Assembly (NCBI RefSeq): GCF_036971445.1
Contig: NC_091470.1
Coordinates: forward strand, 66,650,001-66,714,000
Source: Narcine bancroftii
Taxonomy: Eukaryota
Reading direction: 5' to 3'
DNA length: 64,000 nucleotides
The notes under the pieces were generated by a model. It searched no databases and had not been told where the DNA came from. It worked only from the letters and a program-made list of their open reading frames with translations. The stretch's first letter is position 1, and each line of letters begins with the position of its first letter. The translations under genes and the position numbers were made by a program. Of the stretch, positions 1 through 10,760 are shown in pieces.

Positions 1-2468
1 TTCTGTCTTCCTAATTTTTGTTTGCGCAGGGCAAAAAATAAAATCCAATATTTCTCATCCCACGCTGAGATGGGTGGAAAGCAGTGTACATTCCAGACTG
101 CAGCACTGACAACTCCTCCTGTGGAGGCCATGCAACTCATGTCTCAATTTATTTGAGTGCTTCACAATCACCTGGGTAAAGAGCACAGGCATCTTTCATC
201 ATCCTAGTTGACAGCATCTGGGCAATGACTTGCAGTACAACTGCAGGGCTATGACTTATCCAATAATAATTGAGTTCACCAGTTTATATACAAGAAAATT
301 TGGCTATTACTCTTCACCAATTCCATGAATTATCAGATTACTTTCCTACCTATTGGTGGAAGATTTTGGCAGCAGAAATTCAGAAAAGCTGTGTTTTACC
401 TTTTAATTTATCTTCATGACAATGTTTCATCGGCTGAATCCTGTAATTCATAGGACAATAGTCCTTTCGGTGTTTTGTTTTGTGAAGCTGCATCACTGAA
501 CTGGATATGCTGAGAACAATTAGTGAAAAGCCATTCAATGCATACAGAAAATATAAAGTGGCAGTAACAAATGTTGACCTCTTAAACAACCAAATTAATG
601 TATTGCCTCTTGTCTGAACTTTCAAACTTTCATTGTCTCTTCTGGTTTGAGGAGGAGCGACTTATAGTTTATTAATATTGCTCGGATTCATGGCAAGGAA
701 CGTTTTCTGCAATTTGTTTTGAGAAATAAAAGTAATGTTCAGACAGCGTAAGTTTCGTTCAGGATTTATTTGTATTTGCAGTATTCTGGGATGATTGAGG
801 CAATATGGATACAGGGAAAGGCTGTGGAATGACACACATCATGACGCAATGTGGAGCTCTTGCCATTGCTCTGGCTGTGATGCATATGGTGTTTGTATCT
901 GAGGGAAAAAAAATCTAGCAGTGGCTCAGTGGTGGCATAAAACAATTGTGCTTTTTTTCCAGAATCTGTTGCCTTCTCTGTAACCTAGTGACGTGGTCAA
1001 TTTTCTTTGACTTTTACATTGAAACCCTATGTAGCGATTTCAATTATTATCTCCAGATTGACACAAACTTCTGACAAAATTTGCATCGGTGCTTTTCTCC
1101 ATGCCTTTTGTGTGTGGAATAGAATGTATGAGGGAGAGAGATCGGAGGGAGCTGGGATTTAATTACACATTGTTTCAATCGCTTCATTGGGCGTTCACTC
1201 CAAATCTCTCAATTTGCCATTGTTATCACATGCTAATATTTCATTTGTACAACTATTAATTGAAGTTACACTTGTAATGTTTAATTTACCTTACCGAACT
1301 CTCCATCCATTTCGTTTCAGCTGGTGAGAGCTCTACGCCTCTGCCCGCCGACTGCTTGATCTTGTTTTTCAGTGACAGATGTGTAATATTCACGATCATA
1401 TCTATCCTCCCATCTGTGTGCATTTGCTGAGAGTGGATTCAACTAATTTCTTGTCTAAAAAATAAGTTTGCAAATCTTCCATGCACTTACTTGTGGGCTG
1501 CAGGGTGGGGACCTTAGTTTAAGCATGAGTATGGGTTTGGGGAATGTAAGGGGGTGAGTGCCAGATAGGGGATACGACTGTTGCTACACACAAATCTCAC
1601 TATTTAATGAGTTAACATTTTCTGATTTTATCAATGGCCAGAATCTGATAGGTACAAGAAATCTTTTGTTTGCTAAAGAGAGCCCCTGATTTAAACAGAT
1701 TTACTGAAGTATGCTTAAAAATACCAAGGCTCTTGTGCCTATTTTGGTACTCCATCACCATCTTTATGATAAAGCCAGCTGAAGGAATACTTTAGTCAGA
1801 TTTAGCAGCTTCCTTTGATGGGTGGAAGCAGCTTTCAGCTTTATGTATGGCTGTCTTGTGGGGCTATGGTTCAATTAGCATTATTCAATGACAGCAAGGT
1901 CTTCCACTGATTCAGTTCATATAAACAGGTGTCTGCGGCTAGAGCAAGGGCTTGCATTCACTTCACCCCTTTACTATAACTTCTGAGGGAAACCTAAAGT
2001 GGATTTGCAGCCCAAAAGTATCGAAAGGCCAGAAAAGATGAGTTTGAAAAGATGTTTCAACGGATAGAACAGCGAGAAAGAAGTTCCAGAAATTTGAGCC
2101 AATGTACTGAAAAGCTGTGAAGATCAAAGGTGGGCTAAAGGTAGAATGAAGTCCAAAGCTAGGGGATGTTTTGTTTTTCGGGGGAGGAGGGGAACAAGCA
2201 AAGGTCAAATGTTTGACCATCTTGATAATTCACCTTTTCATTCCTGACTTGCTCTATTTCACTTTGCATTGTAGATTTTCCAGGTGCTGGATCACTACAA
2301 ATAAAAGCAAATAAACACTGGAAACACTTGGTGGGTCAAGGATTGTCCATTGGGTGATCGAAGCCAATGTTTCAGGTAGAAAATGTTTCAATGGAAACCA
2401 ACAGTGTGAATAATGAAAGTTGAGTGAATTCCAATTGGAAAGAAAAGCCAAACTTTTTCAAGTTGGGC

Positions 2469-3869
2469 ATTCAGAATTCAGATTTATTGTCAGAGTACAT
2501 ACATGACATCATACAACCCTTTTTTCTGTGGGTGCAGCAGTTACCACTAATTGGTAGTGCAAAAAATAAATTGTACACAGCATAAACGTGTGGTGGAACA
2601 CAATGTTGCAAGCATGACCTCGCTGGACTGGGCAGGCTGGCCCGCCTTCCGTCCCTGTAGCTCCTCCCTGTAAGATCCCTAATAAAGGCTGATAGACCTA
2701 GTATCCTCCCTCCATAGCTGCCTTGGACGTGAGCCAGCAGCATATAGAGGCATGCCGAGGTTTTCTGGTTAATAAAGCCTTTGACTACTTCCTTTGTGTC
2801 TTGAGGATGGTCATTGATCGTGCTTCAATATGTCAACAAATAAAAGAACTGCAAACAGATAATGAATGTAAACAAACTGTGCAATACAGAGAGAACAAAA
2901 GAAAATCAATAAATTGCAGAAGAGTCCTTAAATGAACCTCTGAGTTTGTCATTGAGGAGTCTGATGGTGTAGCAGGTATTCTTGAATACAGTGATGCGAG
3001 CCTTGTGGCTCCTATACCTTTTTCCTGATGACAGCAGTGAGAACAGAGCATGTGCTGGGTGGTATGGATCTTTGATGATTGCTGCTGCCCTTTGACGGTA
3101 CTATTCCCTGTAGATGTATTCAATAGTGGGGAGAGTTTTGTGTGATGTGCTGGGCTGTGTCCACTACCTTTTGGAGGGCTTTACGTGCAGGGGTATTTGT
3201 GTTCCCATACCAGACCATGGTGCAGCCAGTCAGCAAGCTTTCCACCACACCTCTGTAGAAATTTCCCAGGGTTTCTGATGTCATACCAAACATCTGCCAA
3301 CTCCTGAGGAAGTAGAGGCACTGATGTATTTTCTTCATGATGTCAATGGTGTGTTAGGTCCAGGAAAGGTCTTCCAAGATCGTGATCCCCAAGAACCTAC
3401 GTTTGCTCATTCTCTCCACCTCTCGATTGAGAGCATCCTGATGTATGCATCTTTGCTGTCCAGGTGTTGCAGGGGTTTGTGTAGAGCCAGTGAGATGGCA
3501 TCTGCTGTAGACCTGTTACTACGATGGACGAACTGGAATGGATCCATGTCACTGCTCAGACAGGAGCTGATCTGCTTCATCACTCGCCTTTCAAAACACT
3601 TCATCAGTGTTGATGTAAGTGCTACCTGTCGATAGTCAAGGCAGGTTACTGCACTCTTCTTGGGCACCAGTATGATTGATGCCTGATTGAAACAGGTGGT
3701 TACCACACCCTGCTGGAATGAGATATTGAAGATATCCATGAATACATTGGTAAGTTGGTCAACACAGATTTTTTAATACTCGGCCGGTACTCCATCCAGG
3801 CCGGATGCTTTCCTCGGATTCACTCTCCTGAAGGCAGCACGCATGTCATCCTCGGATATACAGATCAGA
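2469..3869 (-). mobile_element. Rex1/Babar-like non-LTR retrotransposon, 5'-truncated, internally deleted, degenerate
   Basis: Minus-strand ORF pieces: 3773..3991 (RRVNPRKASGLDGVP), 3407..3739 (IILVPKK...DYRQVALTSTLMKCFER...DPFQF...RSTADAISLALH) and 3120..3338 (LYFLR...FYRGVVESLLTGC.MVWYGN). These are typical of Rex1 RT and its C-terminus. The 3' tail is (ATTCAG)-type at 2469-2482. The RT core is missing at a junction near 3420. Confidence 0.85.
2589..2827 (+). mobile_element. Probable solo LTR (~239 bp) inserted in the Rex1 3' UTR
   Basis: Starts TGTGGTG and ends GCTTCA, with internal AATAAA motifs. It is GC-richer than the AT-rich Rex1 tail it interrupts. No clean TSD is visible. Confidence 0.6.
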
Positions 3870-4756
3870 AATTTCTTAAGTACCATATTACTGGACTTTC
3901 TTCCAGAACTTAGTTGATAATATTTTTCAATTGAATCCTCAGAAAGGATTAATTGGAATTGTATATGAAAGATTATTAAAATTACGTCCAATACTTCTCG
4001 ATGAGATTAAAAAGACTTGGGAATTGAAACTTGAAAACCCCTTATCAGAGAATCAATGGGACAAGATTCTTAAATTGGTGAATACATCTTCAATATGTGC
4101 CCAATATTAATTAATCCATTTCAAAGTGGTGCATCATATTCACATGTCCAAAAATAAGATGGCTTGTATCTTTTCTAATATTAACCCTAATTATGACAGA
4201 TGCAAATCTGATATTGCTACATTGACACATATGTTTTGGTCTTGTCCATCCTTAGAAATCTATTGGAAAGAAATTTTTAATCTCTTTTCAACTGTATTTC
4301 AGGTGGAGCTACAACCCAATCCAATAACTGCTCTTATTGGGGTTATTGAACCAGACATAGGGAGTTTTTCTGTACCTGTGCAACATGCTGTGTCTTCTCT
4401 ACATTGTTGGCTAGAAGAGCCATCCTATTCAAATAGAAAGACTCTAGACCTCCAATAGTGTTTCAATGGTTTTCTCATATTATTTCTTGTTTAAATATAG
4501 AAAAAAATTGGACATCATGTATTTGATTCATCAATGAAACCTGAAGATATACAGTGACCTTTTATGTCTTATTTTCATTTGTTGTAAATGTTTTTAACGT
4601 GATTTGATGTACTCACTCTTCCAGATAGTCTTATCTTTGTTTTTTTTGATTCACGGTATTAATCAGTTACAAAATATATGTAACCCTGAGGATAAGCTAC
4701 TCAGATTTTTTTGGTAGTTTTTTTTAATAGACTGGGTTACGTGGGGTTATTGATAT

Positions 4757-4796
4757 TTATATATATTTTATATGTGTATGTATATTTAGATGTGCG

Positions 4797-4851
<55 letters not shown>

Positions 4852-4941
4852 TATATAGATGTATGTGTGTAATATATATTACACACATATGTGTAATATT
4901 ATATATATAATATATATATAATATATATATTATATAGATGT
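4757..4941. repeat. (TG)n/(TA)n microsatellite
   Basis: Pure TG run at about 4799-4843, flanked by TA-rich repeats. Confidence 0.95.
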
Positions 4942-4942
4942 A

Positions 4943-6701
4943 AGTGGCAAAGCAGCAGGTATGGATGGAATCCTCCCAGAGGTCTGGAAGGCTGGCGGCA
5001 AAACTCTGCATGCCAAACTGCATGAGTTTTTCAAGCTTTGTTGGGACCAAGGAAAACTGCCTCAGGATCTTCGTGATGCCACCATCATCACCCTGTACAA
5101 AAACAAAGGTGAGAAATCAGACTGCTCAAACTACAGGGGAATCACGTTGCTCTCCATTGCAGGCAAAATCTTCACTAGGATTCTACTAAATAGAATAATA
5201 CCTAGTGTCGCCGAGAATATTCTCCCAGAATCACAGTGCGGCTTTCGCGCAAACAGAGGAACTACTGACATGGTCTTTGCCCTCAGACAGCTCCAAGAAA
5301 AGTGCAGAGAACAAAACAAAGGACTCTACATCACCTTTGTTGACCTCACCAAAGCCTTCGACACTGTGAGCAGGAAAGGGCTTTGGCAAATACTAGAGCG
5401 CATCGGATGTCCCCCAAAGTTCCTCAACATGATTATCCAACTGCACGAAAACCAACAAGGTCGGGTCAGATACAGCAATGAGCTCTCTGAACCCTTCTCC
5501 ATTAACAATGGCGTGAAGCAAGGCTGTGTTTTCGCACCAACCCTCTTTTCAATCTTCTTCAGCATGATGCTGAACCAAGCCATGAAAGACCCCAACAATG
5601 AAGACGCTGTTTACATCCGGTACCGCACGGATGGCAGTCTCTTCAATCTGAGGCGCCTGCAAGCTCACACCAAGACACAAGAGAAACTTGTCCGTGAACT
5701 ATTCTTTGCAGACGATGCCGCTTTAGTTGCCCATTCAGAGCCAGCTCTTCAGCGCTTGACATCCTGCTTTGCGGAAACTGCCAAAATGTTTGGCCTGGAA
5801 GTCAGCCTGAAGAAAACTGAGGTCCTCCATCAGCCAGCTCCCCACCATGACTACCAGCCCCCCCCACATCTCCATCGGGCACACAAAACTCAAAACGGTC
5901 AACCAGTTTACCTATCTCGGCTGCACCATTTCATCAGATGCAAGGATCGACAATGAGATAGACAACAGACTCGCCAAGGCAAATAGTGCCTTTGGAAGAC
6001 TACACAAAAGAGTCTGGAAAAACAACCAACTGAAAAACCTCACAAAGATAAGCGTATACAGAGCCGTTGTCATACCCACACTACTCTTCGGCTCCGAATC
6101 ATAGGTCCTCTACCGGCATCACCTACGGCTCCTTGAACGCTTCCACCAGCGTTGTCTCCACTCCATCCTCAACATCCATTGGAGCGCTTTCATCCCTAAC
6201 GTCGAAGTACTCGAGATGGCAGAGGTCGACAGCATCGAGTCCATGCTGCTGAAGATCCAGCTGCGCTGGATGGGTCACGTCTCCAGAATGGAGGACCATC
6301 GCCTTCCCAAGATCGTGTTATATGGCGAGCTCTCCACTGGCCACCGTGACAGGAGTGCACCAAAGAAAAGGTACAAGGACTGCCTAAAGAAATCTCTTGG
6401 TGCCTGCCACATTGACCACCACCAGTGGGCTGATATCGCCTCCAACCATGCATCTTGGTGCCTCATAGTTCGCGGGCTGCAACCTCCTTTGAAGAAGACC
6501 TGCAGAGCCCACCTCACTGACAAAAGACAAAGGAGGAAAAACCCAACACCCAACCCCAACCAACCAATTTTCCCTTGCAACTGCTGCAACCGTGCCTGCC
6601 TGTCCCGCATCGGACTTGTTAGTCACCAACGAGCCTGCAGCAGACGTGGACATACCCCTCCATAAATCTTCGTCCGTGAAGCCAAGCCAAAGAAGAAGAA
6701 G
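4943..6701 (+). mobile_element. RTE/BovB-like LINE, 5'-truncated, young but disrupted
   Basis: RT motifs NYRGITLL, ESQCGFR, FVDLTKAFDTV, GVKQGC and FADD in ORF 4961..5956. Frameshift in the poly-C run near 5858-5866 and a stop near 6102. C-terminal CxxC...HxxxC motif. 3' stem-loop CTTCGTCCGTGAAG plus (AAG)n tail. Possible TSD ATAGATGTA at 4934-4942 and 6702-6710, in low-complexity context. Confidence 0.93.
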
Positions 6702-7242
6702 ATAGATGTATGTATGTATATATAGATGTATGCATAGATGCATGTATGTATAGATGTATGTATGTATGTATAGATGTATATATAGATGCATGTATAGATG
6801 CATATTGATGTATAGAGACTGTAAAGTTGTCCCTGTGTTGAGGTTGACTGCCAAGCCAGTCACTGATTAAACCAAGACTGATTTGGATGTATATCCAGCC
6901 TGTACAGTGATGTGAGCTATGTTTAAAAAGCTTGCCAGTGCAAACGGTTTGGACCAGAGATGCATGCATGGATGCATGTAAAGATGTATGCATAGATGTA
7001 TGTATATGTATAGATGTATAAGTATAGATGTATATGTATAGATGTATAGATGGATATGTATAGATGGATATGTATAGATGGATATGTATAGATGGATATG
7101 TATAGATGGATATGTATAGATGGATATGTATAGATGGATATGTATAGATAGGGATATGTATAGATGGATATGTATAGATAGGGATATGTATAGATAGGGA
7201 TATGTATAGATGGATATGTATAGATAGAGATATAGATAGATG
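6702..7242. repeat. (TAGATG/TATAGATGGATATG)n simple repeat containing a 148-bp inserted copy of 7510-7657
   Basis: Periodicity is directly visible. The insert lies at 6815-6962. Confidence 0.92.
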
Positions 7243-7454
7243 TTTTTTCTGTCTTCATCCAGTGCAGTGGAGGGGGGACAGAGTTCATATTATTTGAAGT
7301 TTTATCTTGATATCTACATAGATATGTGTGATATTGTATTTTCAATTTTGTTCCCTTTTCTTCATTGTACTATATTTATTATAAAGACCAATTTTAAATA
7401 AAGATCGAAACAGAAAGAGAGAATTGGTCATTATTTTATGCTCCCAATTCATTT

Positions 7455-10060
7455 TCATGGGACTGTCACTTTAAGAGAACAAATCAAGCTGCAAGTCCTG
7501 AAAGCTTTGGAGACTGTAAAGTTGTCCCTGTGTTGAGGTTGACTGCCAAGCCAGTCACTGAATAAACCAAGACCGATTTGGATGTATATCCAGCCTGTAC
7601 AGTGATGTGAGCTATGTTTAAAAAGCTTGCCAGTGCAAACGGTTTGGACCAGAGATGTGGTGTTAAACCCAAGAGTAAGGATTTGTCATTGTCCCGAGAA
7701 GAGTTTGTAGTGGGGAAGAACAGAGATCCAGATCTTGCTGAGGTGAGAGACAAGGCTCTCTCTGAGGAGAAAATTAAGAAATTGCCAGTTGGATATTATT
7801 TTAAAGAAGGGGTGCTTATGAGGAAGTGGAAACCACTTGATATTCCTGCCAATGAAGAATGGGCAATTGTTCACTAGGTTGTAGTTCCTAAAATTTATAG
7901 GAACAAAATTTTAACCTTGGCCCATAGCGTACCCTTAGATGGTCATTTTGGTGCAAAGAAAACTATATACAACATTATGCAACAATTTTATTGGCCTAGT
8001 CTAAATGTTGAATAGTGCAAACTGTTAGATCAAGAGATTGAATATGTTAAAGAATGATACTATTAGACGTTATACCTTAGATTGGAGTTTGGCTTGTGTC
8101 CTAGTGCCTAAATCAAATGGGATGGTTAGATTTTGCACTGATTATAGAAATGTTAATGCAGTAACAAAGACAAATGCCTATCCTATCCCTAGGGTGGATG
8201 ATTGTGTGGAAAAGGTTGGACAGGATAAGTTTCTTACAAAGATGGACTTAGTAAAAGGCTAAGGCAACACAGACAGAGGTAGGGACATTTCTGTATTTGT
8301 GATCTCCTCAGGGTTATATGAATATAATCTTTTCCCATTTGGAATGAAAAATGCTCCAGGAACATTTCAAAGAATGATTAATTCTGTGATTCAAGGTTTA
8401 GAGCATACAGATGCTTATATTGATGATTTGGCTACAGGGAATGACACTTGGGAAGCACATATCTCTGAGTTAGAGAAATTATGTGACAAACTTTTAAAAC
8501 CAAACCTTACTGTTAATTCAGCTAAAAGTGAATTTGGCCATGCTACTGTGACTTAACTTAGTTTTGTTGTGGATCAAGCCAAGTTAGTGCCTGTCCAGGC
8601 AAAAGTTCAGACTATTTCTGAGTTTTCCTTACCCATGGGTAAGAAAGCTGTTAGGAGGTTTTTGGGAATGGTAGGGTATTATCGAAAGCTCTGTAAAAAT
8701 TTTGCTAATATTGCCTTTCTTTTGATTAACCTCTTGAAGAAGGGCATAAACTTTGTTTGGACAGAACTGGAAGCACTTGATAAACTGAAAGCCATTTTGG
8801 TCACCAGCCTGTGCTTAAGTCACTTGACTTAAAGAAGCCATTTTCTTTAGCAGTAGATGCTAGTGACAATGCTGCAGGGGCAGAACTATTACAAAGAAAT
8901 GGTGGTTATGATATTGACCATGCAGTGGCTTACTTCTCCAAGAAATTCAATAAACATCAAAAGAATTATTCTACTATAAAGAAAGAATTGTGCTCAGGGA
9001 CCACTTATTGTGTATACTGTCCATAATCCCTTAGTGTTCTTGAGACAAATGAAAACAAAAATAGACAATTATTAAACTGGAGTCTAATTCTGCCAGAATA
9101 TGATTTAATGATAACTCATATTAAAGGCAAGGATAATGTAAATGCTGGTTGTCTTTCAAGATGTTAAGTTTGAAATGTTATTGAAAAATGTATATTTGTA
9201 TTATATAATGTAAATAGTGAATGTGTTATTTCAAACATTGTAGTTTGCAGTTAAAATTTTGCTCTTGCAGCTCAAAATTTTCTTTGTTGGTGGAATTGTC
9301 ACTGTAAGAGAACAAATTAAGTTGTAATCCCTGCAGGATTTGGAGACTGACTGTGGACTGACAGGGTGGGAACAGTGTGTACTCAAATTTGCTGCTTCTG
9401 AAGAGGGAAGGCGGCCCTGGAACACAGATGCAGAGACCATGTGACCAACATGTTAAAGAAACAGTACTCTGATCTGCGGCCACTTTAGGGATGCAGAACT
9501 GGGAGAAGCATAAAGGGATACTGTGCTGAAATGGCCTCATGTGGTAATAGACAGTTTGTCTGATTTCTATCTGTAAGGAGAATGAATATACCCCACCATG
9601 GCCAAAGGAATGGTCACTTTTGAAGGGAAGAGGAATTAGTTTGCTACAAAGGAGAAGATCACTATTTTGGCTGACCCACGAAATGGTTCTAGAAGATTTG
9701 TGAAAATCACTCATTTCATGTCCCATATGCAAAGAAAAGGTGAGTTTTGATTACCACTCATCTGAAAGGACATTTATTTGGAAGCAACTCAACAAGGATT
9801 TTGTGAGTTTACTGCAGTCTGTCACCCAGTCTCTCCCACCTCATTCATAAACACTTCTTTACATCAATTTAAGAGTCTTTGTGTCAACACTAGATTTCTG
9901 AGTCTGGACTTTGAACTGACATTCCAGAATTGGGAATGAATTGTAATGGTTTGGGACACAAACACGCACGCACGTGTATGCACACTTAATAATAAAAATA
10001 TTATTTTAAATATAGCATTGTCTTGGCTAATTTCTATTGCTGTTGTCTGAGTACTTAACA
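7455..10060 (+). mobile_element. Gmr1-like Gypsy LTR retrotransposon, heavily deleted
   Basis: A 5' LTR remnant (TGTCACTTTAAGAGAACAAAT, ~7464) matches the 3' LTR start (~9297). The integrase N-terminal LAH...GHFG...FYWP region (~7900-8000) precedes RT (VLVPK.NGMVRFCTDYR, PFGMKNAPGTFQR, YIDD) and RNase H (LAVDASD). The 3' LTR ends ...TACTTAACA at 10060, similar to the LTR end at 50438. Confidence 0.85.
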
Positions 10061-10635
10061 GTCAGTACAGATCTTTAATACTCAGCCAAGTACTCCATCT
10101 GGACTGGATGCTTTCCTCGGATTCACTCTCTTGAAAGCAGCACGCATGTCATCCTCAGATATGGACAGGATCAGATCATCAGGGGGTGTGGAAGGGTGGT
10201 TTTTTGTTGTTACTGCCATCAAATCGGGCATAGAAGGCATTGAGTTCCTCTGAGAGAGAAGCTTTGCCATCTGCTATGTAACCAGATTTTATTTTGTAAG
10301 AGGTTATGGCATTTAGGCTCTGCCACAGCTGTCAGTTGTCCCTTGTTTCCATTTCCATTCAGAACCTCCTCATTGCCCAGGAGATTAGAAAGCTAGTCAT
10401 ACCTGCTCCTGCTGTACAGTAGGCCTTCCTTATCTGTTGTAGCAGTGATCAAATGTGCTGGGACTTCTGGTACAGCAGGTTACATGATGGTGGTAGTTAG
10501 GCAGGGTTTTCTTCACACAGGCCTGGTTAAAGTCGCCGACTAAGATTTGTAGTGCGTCGGGCTGGACCGCCTCTTGTTTACTGACCACATCATGCAGGTC
10601 CGCAAATGTCTGCTTGTATTGGCATCTTGGAAGAC
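10061..10635 (-). mobile_element. Rex1/Babar-like fragment (region upstream of RT)
   Basis: ORF 10082..10270 encodes ISEDDMRAAFKRVNPRKASSPDGV. About 110 bp are homologous to 3758-3869. Confidence 0.75.
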
Positions 10636-10669
10636 AAGCAGCAGAGAGAGGTATTCGAGCCTAAGCCTT

Positions 10670-10760
10670 AAAACTTTCTCTCCATAGATGCTGCCACACC
10701 TACTGAATATTTCCAGCACTTTCTGTTTTTATTTCAGATATCTGACATTTGTAGTTTTTT
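10670..10760 (+). mobile_element. Remnant of Penelope-like terminal repeat
   Basis: GATGCTGCC...CTGAATATTTCCAGCACTTTCTGTTTTTATTTCAGA resembles the termini of the GIY-YIG-linked repeats at 14500, 18000 and 25300. Confidence 0.55.

Larger units (their letters stand above)
3870..7420 (+). mobile_element. L1-clade LINE 3' fragment (ORF2 C-terminus plus 3' UTR), interrupted by microsatellites and an RTE copy
   Basis: ORF 4126..4458 has DRC...LTHMFWSCPSLEIYW, the L1 C-terminal Cys/His region. UTR-like sequence resumes after 7240 and ends at AATAAA plus an A-rich tail near 7398-7420. Joining the two parts is an inference. Confidence 0.7.

Noticed and set aside
1315-1329. 3-nt microexon TTTCAG-CTG-GTGAGA on the plus strand
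   Set aside because: Such a short pattern occurs readily by chance, and no host gene or supporting motif is visible.
4961-5956. 331-aa ORF as a functional or domesticated reverse transcriptase gene
   Set aside because: It is a 5'-truncated RTE copy without endonuclease, with a frameshift and a downstream stop, and nearly identical to other dispersed copies.
6384-7345. His/Tyr/Ile-rich ORFs (also 4757..5050)
   Set aside because: They are translations of microsatellites.
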